Of a DNA stretch of 64,000 bases, positions 1 through 11,363 are shown one piece after another (position 1 is the first letter of the stretch; every line of letters starts with the position of its first letter). Below the pieces are notes generated by a model. It made no database searches. It was not told the DNA's origin and worked only from the letters and a program-made list of their open reading frames with translations. This stretch comes from Bacteroidota bacterium. GTDB taxonomy: Bacteria; Bacteroidota; Bacteroidia; Chitinophagales; JADJOU01. The translations under genes were made by a program, and so were the position numbers. The stretch is taken from NCBI GenBank assembly GCA_016713645.1, contig JADJOU010000008.1, forward strand, positions 43,472 to 107,471, written 5' to 3'.

Positions 1-1
1 C

Positions 2-628
2 GGCAGCGTCTGGGAATTCATGCATATCAACGAAAAAGAGGGAAGCACTTTCAAAGTCTTTAATACTGAACAAGCCATTCGCGCCTCCTTTAAAAAGTTC
101 GAAACCGAATTGCGACAAAATAATATCATGTACGATATTAAACCTCCATTCGCCAATATCTTGGGAAACAGTGATTTGCTCACTGAGGCCATCAATAGCC
201 TCATTTCCAATTCCATTAAATACTGCAAACAGCCAGGTGCCGTTATCCGCATTTTCTGCGAAGTAGATAGAGGAAATGCCGTGATTACCTATTACGACAA
301 TAGCAAAGGCATGAATTGGGACGTCCTTCAACGAGTGTATAACCTCATCGGAAATAGCGATAGAACTGGCATGGGCAACGGGCTCGCACTACTTAAAAAT
401 GTTGTTGAACTACACGGCGGCTCCGTCAAATTGGCTTCTGGAAATAAAGAAGGTGTATCGTTTCGGCTTATATTTCCCGTCAGGACCAAAATCATCCTAT
501 TCCGAAGAATGGCACAAGAGCCCGAAAACATCTGGTCGATTTGGAAAGAAGTCCACGCACTCGAAGAACAAGAAAAAGAAGAAGTGCGCAGATTTCAAAT
601 CGAAAAATGGGGACGAACATTCGAATAA
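2..628 (+). CDS. Sensor histidine kinase, C-terminal HATPase_c part (5' end lies outside the window)
   Basis: The reading frame is open to the window edge. G-box-like motifs (GMGNGLALLKNVVELHGGSV, EGVSFRLIFPV) are typical of the histidine kinase ATPase domain. Confidence 0.8.
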   Translation, partial: GSVWEFMHINEKEGSTFKVFNTEQAIRASFKKFETELRQNNIMYDIKPPFANILGNSDLLTEAINSLISNSIKYCKQPGAVIRIFCEVDRGNAVITYYDNSKGMNWDVLQRVYNLIGNSDRTGMGNGLALLKNVVELHGGSVKLASGNKEGVSFRLIFPVRTKIILFRRMAQEPENIWSIWKEVHALEEQEKEEVRRFQIEKWGRTFE

Positions 629-798
629 TCGCTCTTATTTTCCTATTATATATAGTATAAAAAACAAAAATCGCTTCTTTAACTATATTTATTCCTTTCT
701 GCAACTGCCGTTGTATTCTCCCTCAACCCCACCATCACGCAATCTTCATCACACGCATCTTTTCAAAAACCCTTCGCCACATTTATTTTCGAAACTAC

Positions 799-830
799 TT
801 GACAAAGGCTATCTCACAATCGTATATTTG
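799..830 (+). promoter_or_regulatory. Putative Bacteroidota-type promoter of queA (TTG at 799-801, -7 box TATATTTG at 823-830)
   Basis: TAnnTTTG motif lies 36 nt upstream of the queA ATG, with a TTG 21 nt upstream of the TA. Confidence 0.4.
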
Positions 831-865
831 CCGCCTTTCACAATAAATCCAAGTATAGAATAATT

Positions 866-1933
866 ATGTCTGAAGTCTTTAAATTATCCAAATTCGTATA
901 TAAACTACCCGAAGAACTTATCGCCAAACACCCTTCTCCAGAGAGAGGTGAGAGCAGAATGATGATCGTAGATCGAAAAAAAGGCAAAATCGAACACAAA
1001 ACATTTAGAGATATCCTCAAATACTTTTCTGAAGACGATGTCATGGTATTCAACAATACCAAGGTTTTCCCCGCTCGTCTATGGGCTACCAAAGAAAAAA
1101 CGGGTGCCAAAATCGAAGTCTTTTTGTTGAGAGAACTCAATGGTAACCAACTCCTTTGGGATGTATTGGTCGACCCAGCTAGAAAAATCCGCGTCGGAAA
1201 CAAACTATACTTCGGAGATGATGATTTACTCGTCGCTGAAATTGTAGACAATACCACCTCAAGAGGTCGAACCATCCGTTTCCTCTATGATGGAGATAAG
1301 TCGAAGTTCAGAGAATTCCTCTTTTCATTCGGGGAAACGCCTATTCCTAAATACATCGCATCCAAAAGAAATATTGAAGCAAGCGATAAAGATAGATATC
1401 AAACAGTATATGCTAAACATGAAGGGGCCGTCGCTGCGCCAACTGCTGGTTTGCACTTTACCAAAGAAATTCTCAAGCGCTTGGAAATCAAAGGTGTCAA
1501 CTTAGCAGAAGTTACCCTTCACACAGGACTCGGTTCTTTTAGAACCATCGATGTAGAAGATTTGTCCAAACATAAAATGGATGCAGAATATGTGAAAGTC
1601 GGCTCTGATGCAGTTGCACTTGTCAATGAAGCAAAAGACAAAGGGAAAAAAGTCATCTCCGTGGGTACAACAGTGATGAGAAGCATTGAAAGTGGTGTTA
1701 CCTCTGAGGGCAGACTTAAAGAATTTGAGGGTTGGACCAATTTATTTATCTATCCCCCTTACGATTTCAGCATAGCGGATTGTCTTTTGACAAATTTCCA
1801 CTTGCCTAAATCATCGCTCTTTATCATGACATGCGCCTATGGTGGTTATGATCTCATTCAAGAAGCCTATAAAGAAGCCGTAAAAGAGAAATACAATTTC
1901 TTTACTTATGGCGATTGTATGCTTATTATATAA
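866..1933 (+). CDS. queA: S-adenosylmethionine:tRNA ribosyltransferase-isomerase
   Basis: 355-aa ORF. The N-terminus ([19 protein letters not shown]) and the full-length pattern match the QueA family. Confidence 0.93.
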   Translation: MSEVFKLSKFVYKLPEELIAKHPSPERGESRMMIVDRKKGKIEHKTFRDILKYFSEDDVMVFNNTKVFPARLWATKEKTGAKIEVFLLRELNGNQLLWDVLVDPARKIRVGNKLYFGDDDLLVAEIVDNTTSRGRTIRFLYDGDKSKFREFLFSFGETPIPKYIASKRNIEASDKDRYQTVYAKHEGAVAAPTAGLHFTKEILKRLEIKGVNLAEVTLHTGLGSFRTIDVEDLSKHKMDAEYVKVGSDAVALVNEAKDKGKKVISVGTTVMRSIESGVTSEGRLKEFEGWTNLFIYPPYDFSIADCLLTNFHLPKSSLFIMTCAYGGYDLIQEAYKEAVKEKYNFFTYGDCMLII

Positions 1934-1964
1934 TGCACGCGCTGCCAAGACCCCGTAACCTTTC

Positions 1965-2974
1965 ATGATAAAAATTGGCAATACAGAACTTGGCGAATAC
2001 CCTTATTGCTAGCGCCCATGGAGGATGTCAGTGATCCCCCATTTAGAGCTCAATGCAAAAAGTTCGGGGCCGATATGATGTATACAGAATTCATATCCAC
2101 TGAGGGACTCATGCGAGGCGCCAATAAAAGCATTCAAAAACTAGATATTTACGACTACGAGAGGCCCATTGGAATTCAAATATTCGGCGGGGAACTCGAA
2201 CCGATGATCTATTCTGCCCAAGTCGTAGAAGCTCATCAACCCAATTTACTCGATATCAACTATGGATGCCCTGTGAAAAAAGTCGTCTGTAAAGACGCCG
2301 GCGCAGGGATTCTGAAGAATATCCCCAAAATGATGCAATTGACATCTGCAGTAATTAAGGCGACCACCTTGCCCGTTACTGTAAAAACCCGCTTAGGATG
2401 GGATGAATCAACCATCAATATTGTAGAGGTAGCGGAGCGACTTCAAGACATTGGGGTACAAGCGCTCACCATTCACGCACGAACCAGGGTTCAAATGTAT
2501 AAAGGCGAGGCAGATTGGTCCTGGATTGCTAAAGTAAAAGACAATCCGCGCTTGACCATTCCTGTTTTTGGAAATGGAGATATCGACAGTCCTCAAAAAG
2601 CAAAGAGGTATAAAGAAACTTTTGGAGCCGACGGATTGATGATCGGAAGAGCCGCGATTGGATACCCATGGGTTTTTAGAGAGATCAAAGCCTATCTAGA
2701 TCGAGGAGAAATCATTCCGCCACCCGATATCCATGAGAGAGCTACTGCATGCCGCGAACACCTCACCCACTCGATGGAGTGGAAGGGAGAATCACTGGGT
2801 ATTGTTGAAATGCGCCGACACTATGCCCATTATTTCCGAGGCTATGAAGGAATTAAAGAGTTTAGAATGAGGTTGGTGAATACTATGGATTACCGTGAAT
2901 TGATGAACATTCTCGAAGAAGTTGAATCCCACTACCACGGAAAAGAAGATTTGTTTGCCGATACCGCTATATAG
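1965..2974 (+). pseudogene. dusB: tRNA-dihydrouridine synthase DusB with an N-terminal frameshift (or sequencing error)
   Basis: ORF 2006-2974 carries LAPMEDVSDPPFR and DUS family features. The expected first 13 codons (MIKIGNTELGEYP, ATG at 1965) are in another frame. One extra C in the run at 2000-2002 restores EYPLLLAPMEDV. Confidence 0.85.
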
Positions 2975-2977
2975 TGC

Positions 2978-3610
2978 TTAAATGATATTCGTTTTTCTAT
3001 TTTCTGGTGAAATCTCCTCACAAATACTTAAAAAAGAGTCAATTGGCTTGGGTGACCGCCAAATAGCAGATTGCAATACAAAACCACCAAAACCCAACTT
3101 TTCTGTCTCCTTGATTCTGCTGATATTCACGCCGCCCATAGCATAGACTCGTCGCTCGTCCTTCATGGCATTTAAACGGGTACTATCCACTAACTTAATG
3201 ATATTGTCATTGTAATTTTCTATAAAGACGGGGTAAATAAATACATGTTTGGCTCTTTTATCCAAACTCTCTAATTGAACAATATGCTTCACTTGTGAAA
3301 AAATCCACATGTTAGGGTTTCGCTTTAAAAATGGCTTTAAAACGAATAAATTATAAAAAAAGGCGCCAAATTTTTCTTTTTCGACCAAATATCCCCTCGT
3401 TTTATACTTTTCTGCTAAGTCAGTATAGGTAGCAATAATCAATCTATTGTGGTATTTTGAATCGATAGACAAGATGTATTCCTCCATTTCGCGATGAGTG
3501 AATTTCGGCTTAAACACATACAATAAATCCAAACCATTCTCAAATGCTTTGTGAATTATGTCTAATTCAAAAACAACATTATAGGGGTTTGTAGCAATTG
3601 TCTTTATCAT
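2978..3610 (-). CDS. Thiamine-phosphate synthase (ThiE/TenI)-like family protein
   Basis: 210-aa ORF with a TIM-barrel-like pattern (YAMGGVN..., GFGGFVLQSAIW) that resembles TMP-TENI proteins. The family assignment is from memory only. Confidence 0.45.
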   Translation of the reverse strand: MIKTIATNPYNVVFELDIIHKAFENGLDLLYVFKPKFTHREMEEYILSIDSKYHNRLIIATYTDLAEKYKTRGYLVEKEKFGAFFYNLFVLKPFLKRNPNMWIFSQVKHIVQLESLDKRAKHVFIYPVFIENYNDNIIKLVDSTRLNAMKDERRVYAMGGVNISRIKETEKLGFGGFVLQSAIWRSPKPIDSFLSICEEISPENRKTNII

Positions 3611-3613
3611 CTT

Positions 3614-5263
3614 CTATATCGTCAAATTGTTCTTTTTAGCCGTTTCAATGGCGATTTCATATCCAGCGTCTGCGTGTCGAATAACTCCCATCGCAGGGTC
3701 GTTGTGCAATACCCGTTTGAGTCGCTCTGCTGCATCCACCGTGCCATCTGCCACGATAACCATACCCGCATGGAGCGAATAACCCATGCCAACTCCTCCA
3801 CCGTGATGGAAAGAAACCCAACTAGCGCCGCCTGCAGTATTGATTAAAGCATTGAGTATTGGCCAATCAGCCACAGCATCAGAGCCATCCATCATCGCCT
3901 CTGTCTCTCGATTCGGCGAGGCCACAGATCCAGTATCTAAATGATCTCTTCCTATGACAATCGGCGCTTTCACTTTACCCTCTGCAACCAATTCATTAAA
4001 GGCAAGAGCAGCCCTTTCTCGTTCACCCATTTTCAACCAACATATTCTGGCAGGCAAGCCTTGAAAAGCGATTTTTTCTTTAGCTAGAGTCAACCAGCGA
4101 AGCAAGCCTTTATTTTCTGGGAATAATTCTTTCAATTTCGCATCACAAACAGCAATATCATTTTCATCACCGCTCAGAGCGACAAAACGAAAAGGACCAG
4201 ACCCTTCGCAGAACAGCGGTCTTATATATTCTGGAACAAACCCCGGGAAGTCGAATGCATTCTCTACCCCATGAGCCAGCGCCTGACCTCGGATATTATT
4301 GCCATAATCAAAAGTGATGGCTCCTCTTTTTTGCAATTCAATCATTTGGCGCACTTGTTTGCACATCGTCTCAATCGAACGTTTCCTGTATTCATCCGGA
4401 TTGGCTTCGCGCAGCACATTTGCCTCGACGACCGACATTTTCTCCGGGAAATACCCGATTAATTCATCGTGAGCAGATGTTTGGTCTGTCAAAGTATCCG
4501 GGGTGATATTGCGCTCAATCAAGCGCCCCAATAAATCCACCGCATTGCATACGACACCGATAGAGATGGCCTTTCCCTCTTTAGCATATTGCACAGCTTT
4601 ATCTATGGCGATATCGATATCTTCATACATCTCATCGATATACCGAGTTTCAATTCTCTTTTTAATCCTCCATGCCTCTACATCAGCAGCTAGACAAACT
4701 CCTTCGTTCATGGTAATGGCAAGGGGTTGAGCACCGCCCATGCCGCCGAGTCCCGCAGTAACATTCAGCTTGCCCTTTAAACTTCCATTAAAATGCTTAT
4801 TAGCTAGCGATAAATAGGTCTCATAAGTGCCTTGCACGATTCCCTGCGAACCGATATAAATCCAGGAGCCAGCGGTCATTTGACCATACATCATCAAACC
4901 TTTTTGCTCTAGTTCTGAGAAATGTTCCCAATTGGCCCATTTTCCCACCAAATTTGAATTGGCGATAATCACCCTCGGCGCATGCTTATGCGAGCGCAAG
5001 ATACCGACGGGTTTTCCAGACTGCACCATTAAGGTTTGGTCCTCTTCTAAATTCTGAAGACAAGAGATAATTTTATGATAGGATTCCCAATTTCTGGCAG
5101 CTTTTCCTCTACCTCCATATACAATAAGCTCGTCGGGGCGCTCAGCAACATCTGGGTCGAGATTATTCATCAACATCCGCATTGCTGCTTCTTGCACCCA
5201 TCCCTTGCATGAAATTTTAGCACCGCGCGGTGCCCTTATATTTTTTACAATATTTGATTCCAT
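3614..5263 (-). CDS. hutU: Urocanate hydratase
   Basis: 549-aa ORF with full-length resemblance to HutU ([24 protein letters not shown]). Confidence 0.95.
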   Translation of the reverse strand: MESNIVKNIRAPRGAKISCKGWVQEAAMRMLMNNLDPDVAERPDELIVYGGRGKAARNWESYHKIISCLQNLEEDQTLMVQSGKPVGILRSHKHAPRVIIANSNLVGKWANWEHFSELEQKGLMMYGQMTAGSWIYIGSQGIVQGTYETYLSLANKHFNGSLKGKLNVTAGLGGMGGAQPLAITMNEGVCLAADVEAWRIKKRIETRYIDEMYEDIDIAIDKAVQYAKEGKAISIGVVCNAVDLLGRLIERNITPDTLTDQTSAHDELIGYFPEKMSVVEANVLREANPDEYRKRSIETMCKQVRQMIELQKRGAITFDYGNNIRGQALAHGVENAFDFPGFVPEYIRPLFCEGSGPFRFVALSGDENDIAVCDAKLKELFPENKGLLRWLTLAKEKIAFQGLPARICWLKMGERERAALAFNELVAEGKVKAPIVIGRDHLDTGSVASPNRETEAMMDGSDAVADWPILNALINTAGGASWVSFHHGGGVGMGYSLHAGMVIVADGTVDAAERLKRVLHNDPAMGVIRHADAGYEIAIETAKKNNLTI

Positions 5264-5265
5264 AA

Positions 5266-5625
5266 TTAGAATGGTAAGTCGTCGGAAATATTATCCATTG
5301 AAGGGGTTGCAATGACCGTATTTTGTCCATTGCTCTCATTTGGTTGACTTCCCTTGCCTGCCTCCGCCAATTCAATTTTCCATCCCCTCACCTCAGTATA
5401 CCATCTATTATTATATTCTCTGCTCTCTAAATCAAAGGATAAATTGACAATATTGCCCTCTTTGATTACATCCATATTGATTTTATCACCCCAGATAGAA
5501 GCACATACTTTTTTAGGGTATTGACCATCTGTCTCTAAAATAAACTCTTGTTTTTTCCATTGTCCGTTTTTTCCTTCCCCCGTAACCAATGGCAGTAGCT
5601 GCACCACTTTCGCTTTTAATTCCAT
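5266..5625 (-). CDS. DUF3127 domain protein
   Basis: 119-aa ORF ([17 protein letters not shown]...YPKKVC...WGDK) matching the small Bacteroidota DUF3127 family. It starts 3 nt upstream of hutU in the same operon. Confidence 0.65.
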   Translation of the reverse strand: MELKAKVVQLLPLVTGEGKNGQWKKQEFILETDGQYPKKVCASIWGDKINMDVIKEGNIVNLSFDLESREYNNRWYTEVRGWKIELAEAGKGSQPNESNGQNTVIATPSMDNISDDLPF

Positions 5626-5714
5626 AACTTATTTAAACTTTTAAAGGGTAAAAATAAGAATCCTTTCCCACATCCCATGCAGAATAATTGACTTATTTGA
5701 ATTTTAACATTTGG

Positions 5715-6078
5715 CTCTTTCTCATTTGACCTTATATCCATCGTTTTTAAATCAAAACACATCCTCTTTAGAGCGCATCAAAGTCTATTTAAAGCAAATC
5801 ACTGATTCTATAAACCTTATCTAGGACTCTTTGACACAAATCCACATATCTTTGGGATTCAACACGCTATCGCTAAAACAAGTCACATTCTCTCCATGAT
5901 TCGACAAGAGTTCTTTGCGGCAGATGATTGGCTCTTTATGACAAGTTGTAAATTCTTTGAAACACAAATTGAACTCTTTGAAAGGTGCTTGCCTATTTCA
6001 ATGACAAAACACCTACTCTTTGGAGCGCAACATACACTGTCTTAGACAGAATTCCTATTCTCTCAAACAAAACACTAT
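5715..6078. repeat. Degenerate 21-bp periodic tandem array (about 15-17 units) with a conserved YTCTTTR core
   Basis: Cores start at 5764, 5827, 5848, 5911, 5932, 5953, 5974 and 6016. All spacings are exact multiples of 21. A second conserved ACA block sits at unit positions 10-12. Confidence 0.8.
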
Positions 6079-6398
6079 TTATATGAATGAAAAAGCCATA
6101 GACATAAACAAAAGAGAATGTGCGCTTCTTAAAAGTGAAGAGGGCGATAACCTTCAAAATAATGACAATCAAAAGCTAGTAATAGAAATCGCTATTGAGA
6201 ATATCAGCCTCTCCTCAACTATAATTGAGATACAGGATACAACTAAATGTGACTCTTTCTTCTTTTCACCCATTCAATTCAAAATTTAATGTCATCATTC
6301 AAATATTCCTTTCGTCTGAGAATCTCACCAATTCTTCTACCTTTACCATGCCCCGTAGGTAATCACGACATATCTATTTGTCTTAAATAAAAATAAAG

Positions 6399-7458
6399 AT
6401 GGAAAACACAACAGTAAAAGCATTCGGAACTCAGGCAGCTACAAAACCGCTCGAACCATTGACCATTCAACGAAGAGGCGTGGCAAACAGAGATGTAAAA
6501 ATCGAAATTGTATATTGCGACGTTTGCCACTCAGATTTGCACACTGCCCGCAATGACTGGGGTGGAACAATCTATCCCGCCGTTCCCGGTCATGAAATTG
6601 TCGGCAAAGTCACTCATATCGGAAATGCCATTACCAAATTTGCCGTGGGCGATATCGTTGGGGTGGGTTGCTTAGTTGATTCTTGCAGAACATGCGATAG
6701 TTGCAAAAAGGATCTAGAGCAATACTGCTTGAATGGTTTTACGGGAACATACAATGGCAAGGACAAACATCTCGGCGGACACACCTTCGGTGGATATTCA
6801 GAAACGGTGGTAGTAGACGAGGATTTTGTATTAAAAATCCCTACCAACCTGCCAATTGCAGCCACAGCTCCCCTACTCTGCGCTGGAATCACCACTTGGT
6901 CACCACTAAAACACTGGAATGTAAAAGCAGGCAGTAAAGTCGCCGTCGTCGGGCTCGGTGGATTGGGGCATATGGCCATCAAACTCGCCAAGGGCTTAGG
7001 AGCTTCCGTAACCTTATTCTCAAGGACAGTAGAAAAAACCAGCGATGCTTTGGCATTGGGCGCAGACCAAGTCATTATATCCACCGATGCCGATCAGATG
7101 AAAGCAGCTAAAGGGAAGTTTGATTTAATCATCGATACCATCCCCTCGATACATGATGTAAACCCCTACATCACGACACTGGGCATAAGCGGCACCTTGG
7201 TTTTGGTAGGCTATTTAGGCAGTCTCGACCCGATGCTCAATTCTGTTCCCCATGATTCTCGGCAGAAAATCTGTCGCAGGCTCTGTAATTGGAGGCATCG
7301 CAGAAACACAAGAAATGCTCGACTTCTGCGGTACACACAATATCGTCTCCGACATTGAAATGATTTCAATGAGTGATATTAATACTGCTTATGAACGAAT
7401 GCTGAAAAGCGATGTGAAATACCGATTTGTAATTGACATGGCTTCGCTTAAGAGTTAG
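6399..7458 (+). pseudogene. Zn-dependent NAD(P) alcohol dehydrogenase (CAD/YahK-like), frameshifted
   Basis: Motifs present: GHEIVGKV, the structural-zinc cysteines CRTCDSCKK, and GLGGLGH. The true C-terminus ([14 protein letters not shown]...YRFVIDM) is in ORF 7252-7458. There is an extra C in the run at 7248-7251. Confidence 0.85.
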
Positions 7459-7691
7459 TCTTTGGATTAGATTGGGTTTTTAATAAATGAAAGTTAGATG
7501 ATGACTTGGCATGTATTTTTAAATCCCACCACACATTTCTATACTAGATATTCCACCATCATCCATACAGGATTTGGGATTGATTTGCAAGACATAAAAA
7601 TGTATGATAAGCCACAAGTGATAGTCGGTAAAAGCTATATCATGTTGCTTTCCTCTTTTCCCCTATCTTCATCCCTCAATTTTTGTAATAA

Positions 7692-10555
7692 ATGAAAATA
7701 AATTTCTTTCTTGTTTTCTTATTAAGCGTTTGGTTTATAAATCAAGCAAGAGGTCAACAACCCGCCCATTTCATCCTCGGTGAAAATCAATTTAAGGGCG
7801 TGCAGATCTATGATATGATTCAAGACAATGAGGATTATTTCTACTTCGCGACCAACGAGGGAATCATCCACTACGACTTTATAAGCTTTACCAAACTAGA
7901 GACCAAAGAGGCGCGCAGCAATGCATTTTTCAACTTAGTAAAAAACAAAAAGGGCACCATATTCTTCAACAATCTAAACAACCAAATTTTTAAAATTGAG
8001 AACAAGACCTGTGAACTCGTCTTTACTTTGCCAGAGCGTTTCAGTTCGAATATAATCAACCTCACTTGCAATAATCTCGGTCAATTGATCATCGCCTGCA
8101 AAGGAATCCTCCTTATCTCAGAAGAAGGGAAGTTATTGAATGAATTAGAATCGCCCTATGTTTTCAACTCCAGCTATCAACTCAGTGACGGGAGTTGGAT
8201 GTTTCCGGTTGCGAATGATACGAGTCTATTATTGTATGACAATAAAATCTTCCATCGTGCCGAGCTGCTGCTAAATGGCGCAAAATCAAGCCGAGCCTTC
8301 GGTGTGCTGAACTTCTTTCGTTTCCTAGACAGCCTTTATGCTGTAGATTTATCCAACAATAAATTTTATGCCTTCGATGAACTTAGGTTGTCACTGCGCG
8401 AAATCAATGTCGGCAATTTTTTAAATTCCAGTACCAATGCGCGGGTCTATATCACCGGCGATCAAATCTGGTCGGCATCGTCCATCTCGGGCATCAATTT
8501 TAGCAATCATACCCTGCCACAAGAATTCTCAGTCTTATTTAAAGACTATTTTATCTCCGACGTCTATCGCGACCGCGAAGGGAATATCCTCATGGGCACT
8601 TTCGACAAAGGTGTTATTGTAATTCCCGACTTAAGTGTGCCTGATGTCATTGACCCTTTTCACAGCGACCCGATGATTAGCCTATTTGCCGCAGGTAAAA
8701 ATGAAATCTATATGGGTTCAAATAGTGGCTTTTTTAAAATGTATCAAAACTATCAAATTCAAACAATCAGCAGCACCCATAAAAAGCCGATTGAGGGAGT
8801 CTATGGTGACGTAGAGAGTGATTTTATCATTTATGATGATGAAAAAATAAAGTGCTATAATCGCAAGACCAAAGAGATATACAGCTTCTCCAACGCTTCG
8901 CTGAAAGACGTTTGTTTTATCAATCATGAGGCGATGTATATTGGAACCAATATTGGGGTATACAAGGCGAAACTGGGAACTCATGCGCGTTTTTCCATAG
9001 AACACATCCCTGATTTTAAGACAAGGGTTTATTCCCTCGCTTATGATAAAACAAATGAAATTTTATACATCTCCAGTGCGAGTGGATTACTAAAATTCCA
9101 TCAAAACAAAGTCGAAAAAATTCTTTATCAAAACCATGATATCTATTCAGAAAAAATTTGTGTTGATGGGGAAACCCTCTATGTTTTATCCCGTCAACAC
9201 GGCATATTGACGGTGAATAGCCAAGTTCAAATTTCTCCTTTTGTATTTAAAACACTTAGTCGTGAAGAACAAATCAAGCATATCCAATTTTACAATCACT
9301 CTATCATTACTAGCACCAATACGGGTTTGTATCAATTTGACTTGAAAGGGAATATCGTACGACAATTTCATACGGCTTTTGGATTTGCGACAAAGAAAAT
9401 CTATGAATACAGTATAGCTGAAAACACGCTGTGGGTGAGCCATTCAGGTGGTGTGCAAGAGATTGGGCTCAATACCTACATTCAAAAAAGGAAGCAATTG
9501 CCATTAGATTGAAACAAGTCTTTGTAAATGATTCAAATGTAACAATAGCATCTGTCAATCACTTTAATTCTACACAGCGCAAGATTGCCTTTGTGGTCGT
9601 CTCTCCTAGTTTGCGGAATTTGGAAAATATAAAATACCACTATATCCTTCAAGGCTATGATAATCATTGGTATTCACAGAGCAGCAATTCCATCCAATTC
9701 AACGCCTTATCGCCTGGCAGCTATACCCTCTTTGTAAAAGCTGAGTCAATGGGAAATTTTAGCAATGTAATTCAATACTCTTTTAGAATAATCAAGCCTT
9801 TTTATCTGCAGATTTGGTTTCTAATCAGTGCATTGTTTATTTTTTTAGCAATCGTATATTTTGTGTATAGATGGCAGGTGGAAAAGCAGAAATTGAAATT
9901 GAAATTGTTGAACGAATTGAACGTATCCAAACTCACGGCGATTCAATCTCAGATGAATCCCCACTTTATATTTAACTCCCTCAATTCTATTCAAGATTTT
10001 GTCTTACAACAAGACGCGATAAAAGCCTATGATGCCATTGGTAAATTTGCCACCCTCATTCGAAAAATTATGTTGCATTCGGAAAAGGAATTTATTGATA
10101 TTGAAGAAGAACTCGCCATCTTGAATGTCTATTTGGAATTGGAAATGATGCGCATCAAAAAGGATTTTCACTATTCCATAAATAGCCACGACTTGGCCGA
10201 TATTGAAATTCCGCCCATGCTTATCCAACCCTTCATTGAGAACAGCATTAAACATGGCTTGTTGCATAAACAAGGCGAAAAAATATTGACTGTAGATATG
10301 ACTATTTCCGGGGATGTTTTTATCTGTGAAATTCAAGACAATGGCATCGGTCGGCGGCAGTCAGGCATTATTAAATCCAGACAGAACAAAGAGCATACAT
10401 CTTTTGCAGGAAGTGCGTTAGAAAAGAGAATGCAAATACTTAAGAAACATTTTGGTGGGAATTTTAGTGTAGAAATCTTAGATTTACACGATAAGGAGGG
10501 AAATGCAACAGGCACCAAAGTCATTTTGAAAGCCCCCTTTAAATATATATATTAG
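7692..10555 (+). pseudogene. Sensor histidine kinase with periplasmic propeller repeats, a Y_Y_Y domain, one TM helix, and LytS-type His_kinase + HATPase domains; frameshifted
   Basis: ORFs 7692-9512 and 9431-10555 join as ...LNTYIQKKEAIAIRLK... if the A6 run at 9484-9489 is read as A7. Supporting motifs: YHYILQGYDNHWY (Y_Y_Y), QMNPHFIFNSLNSIQ (His_kinase), and a C-terminal ATPase. Confidence 0.85.
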
Positions 10556-10558
10556 CAA

Positions 10559-11305
10559 ATGGAAAAGATTAAAGCACTTATTGTAGATGATGAGGAAAGT
10601 GCGAGAAACATTTTATTCAAACTTTTGCAGACTTATCGAAATGATATTGACATTATTGGTCAGTGCGATAATGTGGAACAAGCCGTTTTATTTATCAAAA
10701 ACAACAAGCCCGATCTTGTGTTCTTAGATATTGAAATGCCCAACTACTCTGGCTTGGAGCTTATTCAATTCTTCGATGAAATACCCTTCGACATTATTTT
10801 CATCACGGCTTATCATCAATTCGCCATCAAAGCATTTGAAATTTCTGCATTCGATTATTTGTTAAAGCCCATTGAAATAGCGCGGCTCGACAGCGCCATA
10901 AAAAAATACATCGTCAAAACGCATCAGCAATTAGAAGCGATCAACTACAAAATCTTAAAAGAGAATCTAAGCCAAAACTGTATTTCTAAATTGATTGTAA
11001 GTCAGCAGGGCGGGCAGAAAGCCATATTATTGTCGGACATCATCGCCCTACAAGCAAACGAGGCATATACGACGATCTATGATGCAAATGGGCAGCAATA
11101 CACCATGAGTAAAAATTTAAAGTATTTTGAACAGCAATTCTCCGACAACAAAGATTTCCTTCGTGTACACAAATCTTGGTTAGTCAATGGACAGCACATT
11201 CGGAAATATTCCAGTACTGATTTTTCCATTTATTTGAGTCTAAATATAGAAGCGAAGCTTTCGAAATACAAAAAAGCCGAGTTTGACGCTTGGTATAAAA
11301 GCTAA
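10559..11305 (+). CDS. LytTR-family response regulator (REC + LytTR DNA-binding domain)
   Basis: 248-aa ORF with a receiver domain (ALIVDDE...DLVFLDIEMP) and a C-terminal LytTR pattern (FLRVHKSWLVN). It starts 3 nt after the kinase gene. Confidence 0.9.
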   Translation: MEKIKALIVDDEESARNILFKLLQTYRNDIDIIGQCDNVEQAVLFIKNNKPDLVFLDIEMPNYSGLELIQFFDEIPFDIIFITAYHQFAIKAFEISAFDYLLKPIEIARLDSAIKKYIVKTHQQLEAINYKILKENLSQNCISKLIVSQQGGQKAILLSDIIALQANEAYTTIYDANGQQYTMSKNLKYFEQQFSDNKDFLRVHKSWLVNGQHIRKYSSTDFSIYLSLNIEAKLSKYKKAEFDAWYKS

Positions 11306-11323
11306 TCCCGCTTTCGTTTTTCG

Positions 11324-11356
11324 TCCATTCCTCAAAAAATCAATCCATTCCTCAAA
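11324..11356 (+). promoter_or_regulatory. Putative LytTR operator: two perfect 13-bp direct repeats TCCATTCCTCAAA
   Basis: Copies at 11324-11336 and 11344-11356 (20-bp period). They lie 18 nt after the regulator stop codon and 7 nt upstream of the -33 element. Confidence 0.6.
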
Positions 11357-11363
11357 CATCTGT

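Noticed and set aside
399-863. 154-aa ORF overlapping the kinase 3' end and the queA promoter region
   Set aside because: It is out of frame with the kinase ATPase domain, Lys/Ser-rich and low-complexity, and it runs through the predicted queA promoter.
838-1275. Group of 60-160-aa ORFs antisense to or nested in strong genes (838-1275, 6614-7084, 10004-10336, 20046-20450, 38162-38488, 43734-44156, 44376-44828, 49081-49554, 55767-56150, 61085-61336 and similar)
   Set aside because: Each overlaps a confidently identified gene on the other strand or in another frame and has no family resemblance. The internal duplication in 38162-38488 merely mirrors the coding repeat on the opposite strand.
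6020-6289. 89-aa ORF in the long intergenic gap
   Set aside because: It starts inside the 21-bp array, has an Asn/Ile/Glu-rich low-complexity sequence, has no promoter or start-site context, and resembles no family. It is more likely noncoding.
7650-7679. LytTR-operator-like half sites (TTCCTC, ATCCCTCAA) upstream of the sensor kinase gene, suggesting autoregulation
   Set aside because: These are short imperfect matches. They end 12 nt before the ATG, which leaves no room for a promoter downstream of them. This is not enough evidence to call.
9484-9489. Programmed frameshifting or transcriptional slippage at poly(A)/poly(T) runs as an explanation for the split genes
   Set aside because: The runs are short (3-7 nt). 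The shifts go in both directions, occur at C and G runs as well, and some are not at homopolymers at all. No slippery heptamer plus downstream structure pattern is shared. Random indels (technical or mutational) fit better.
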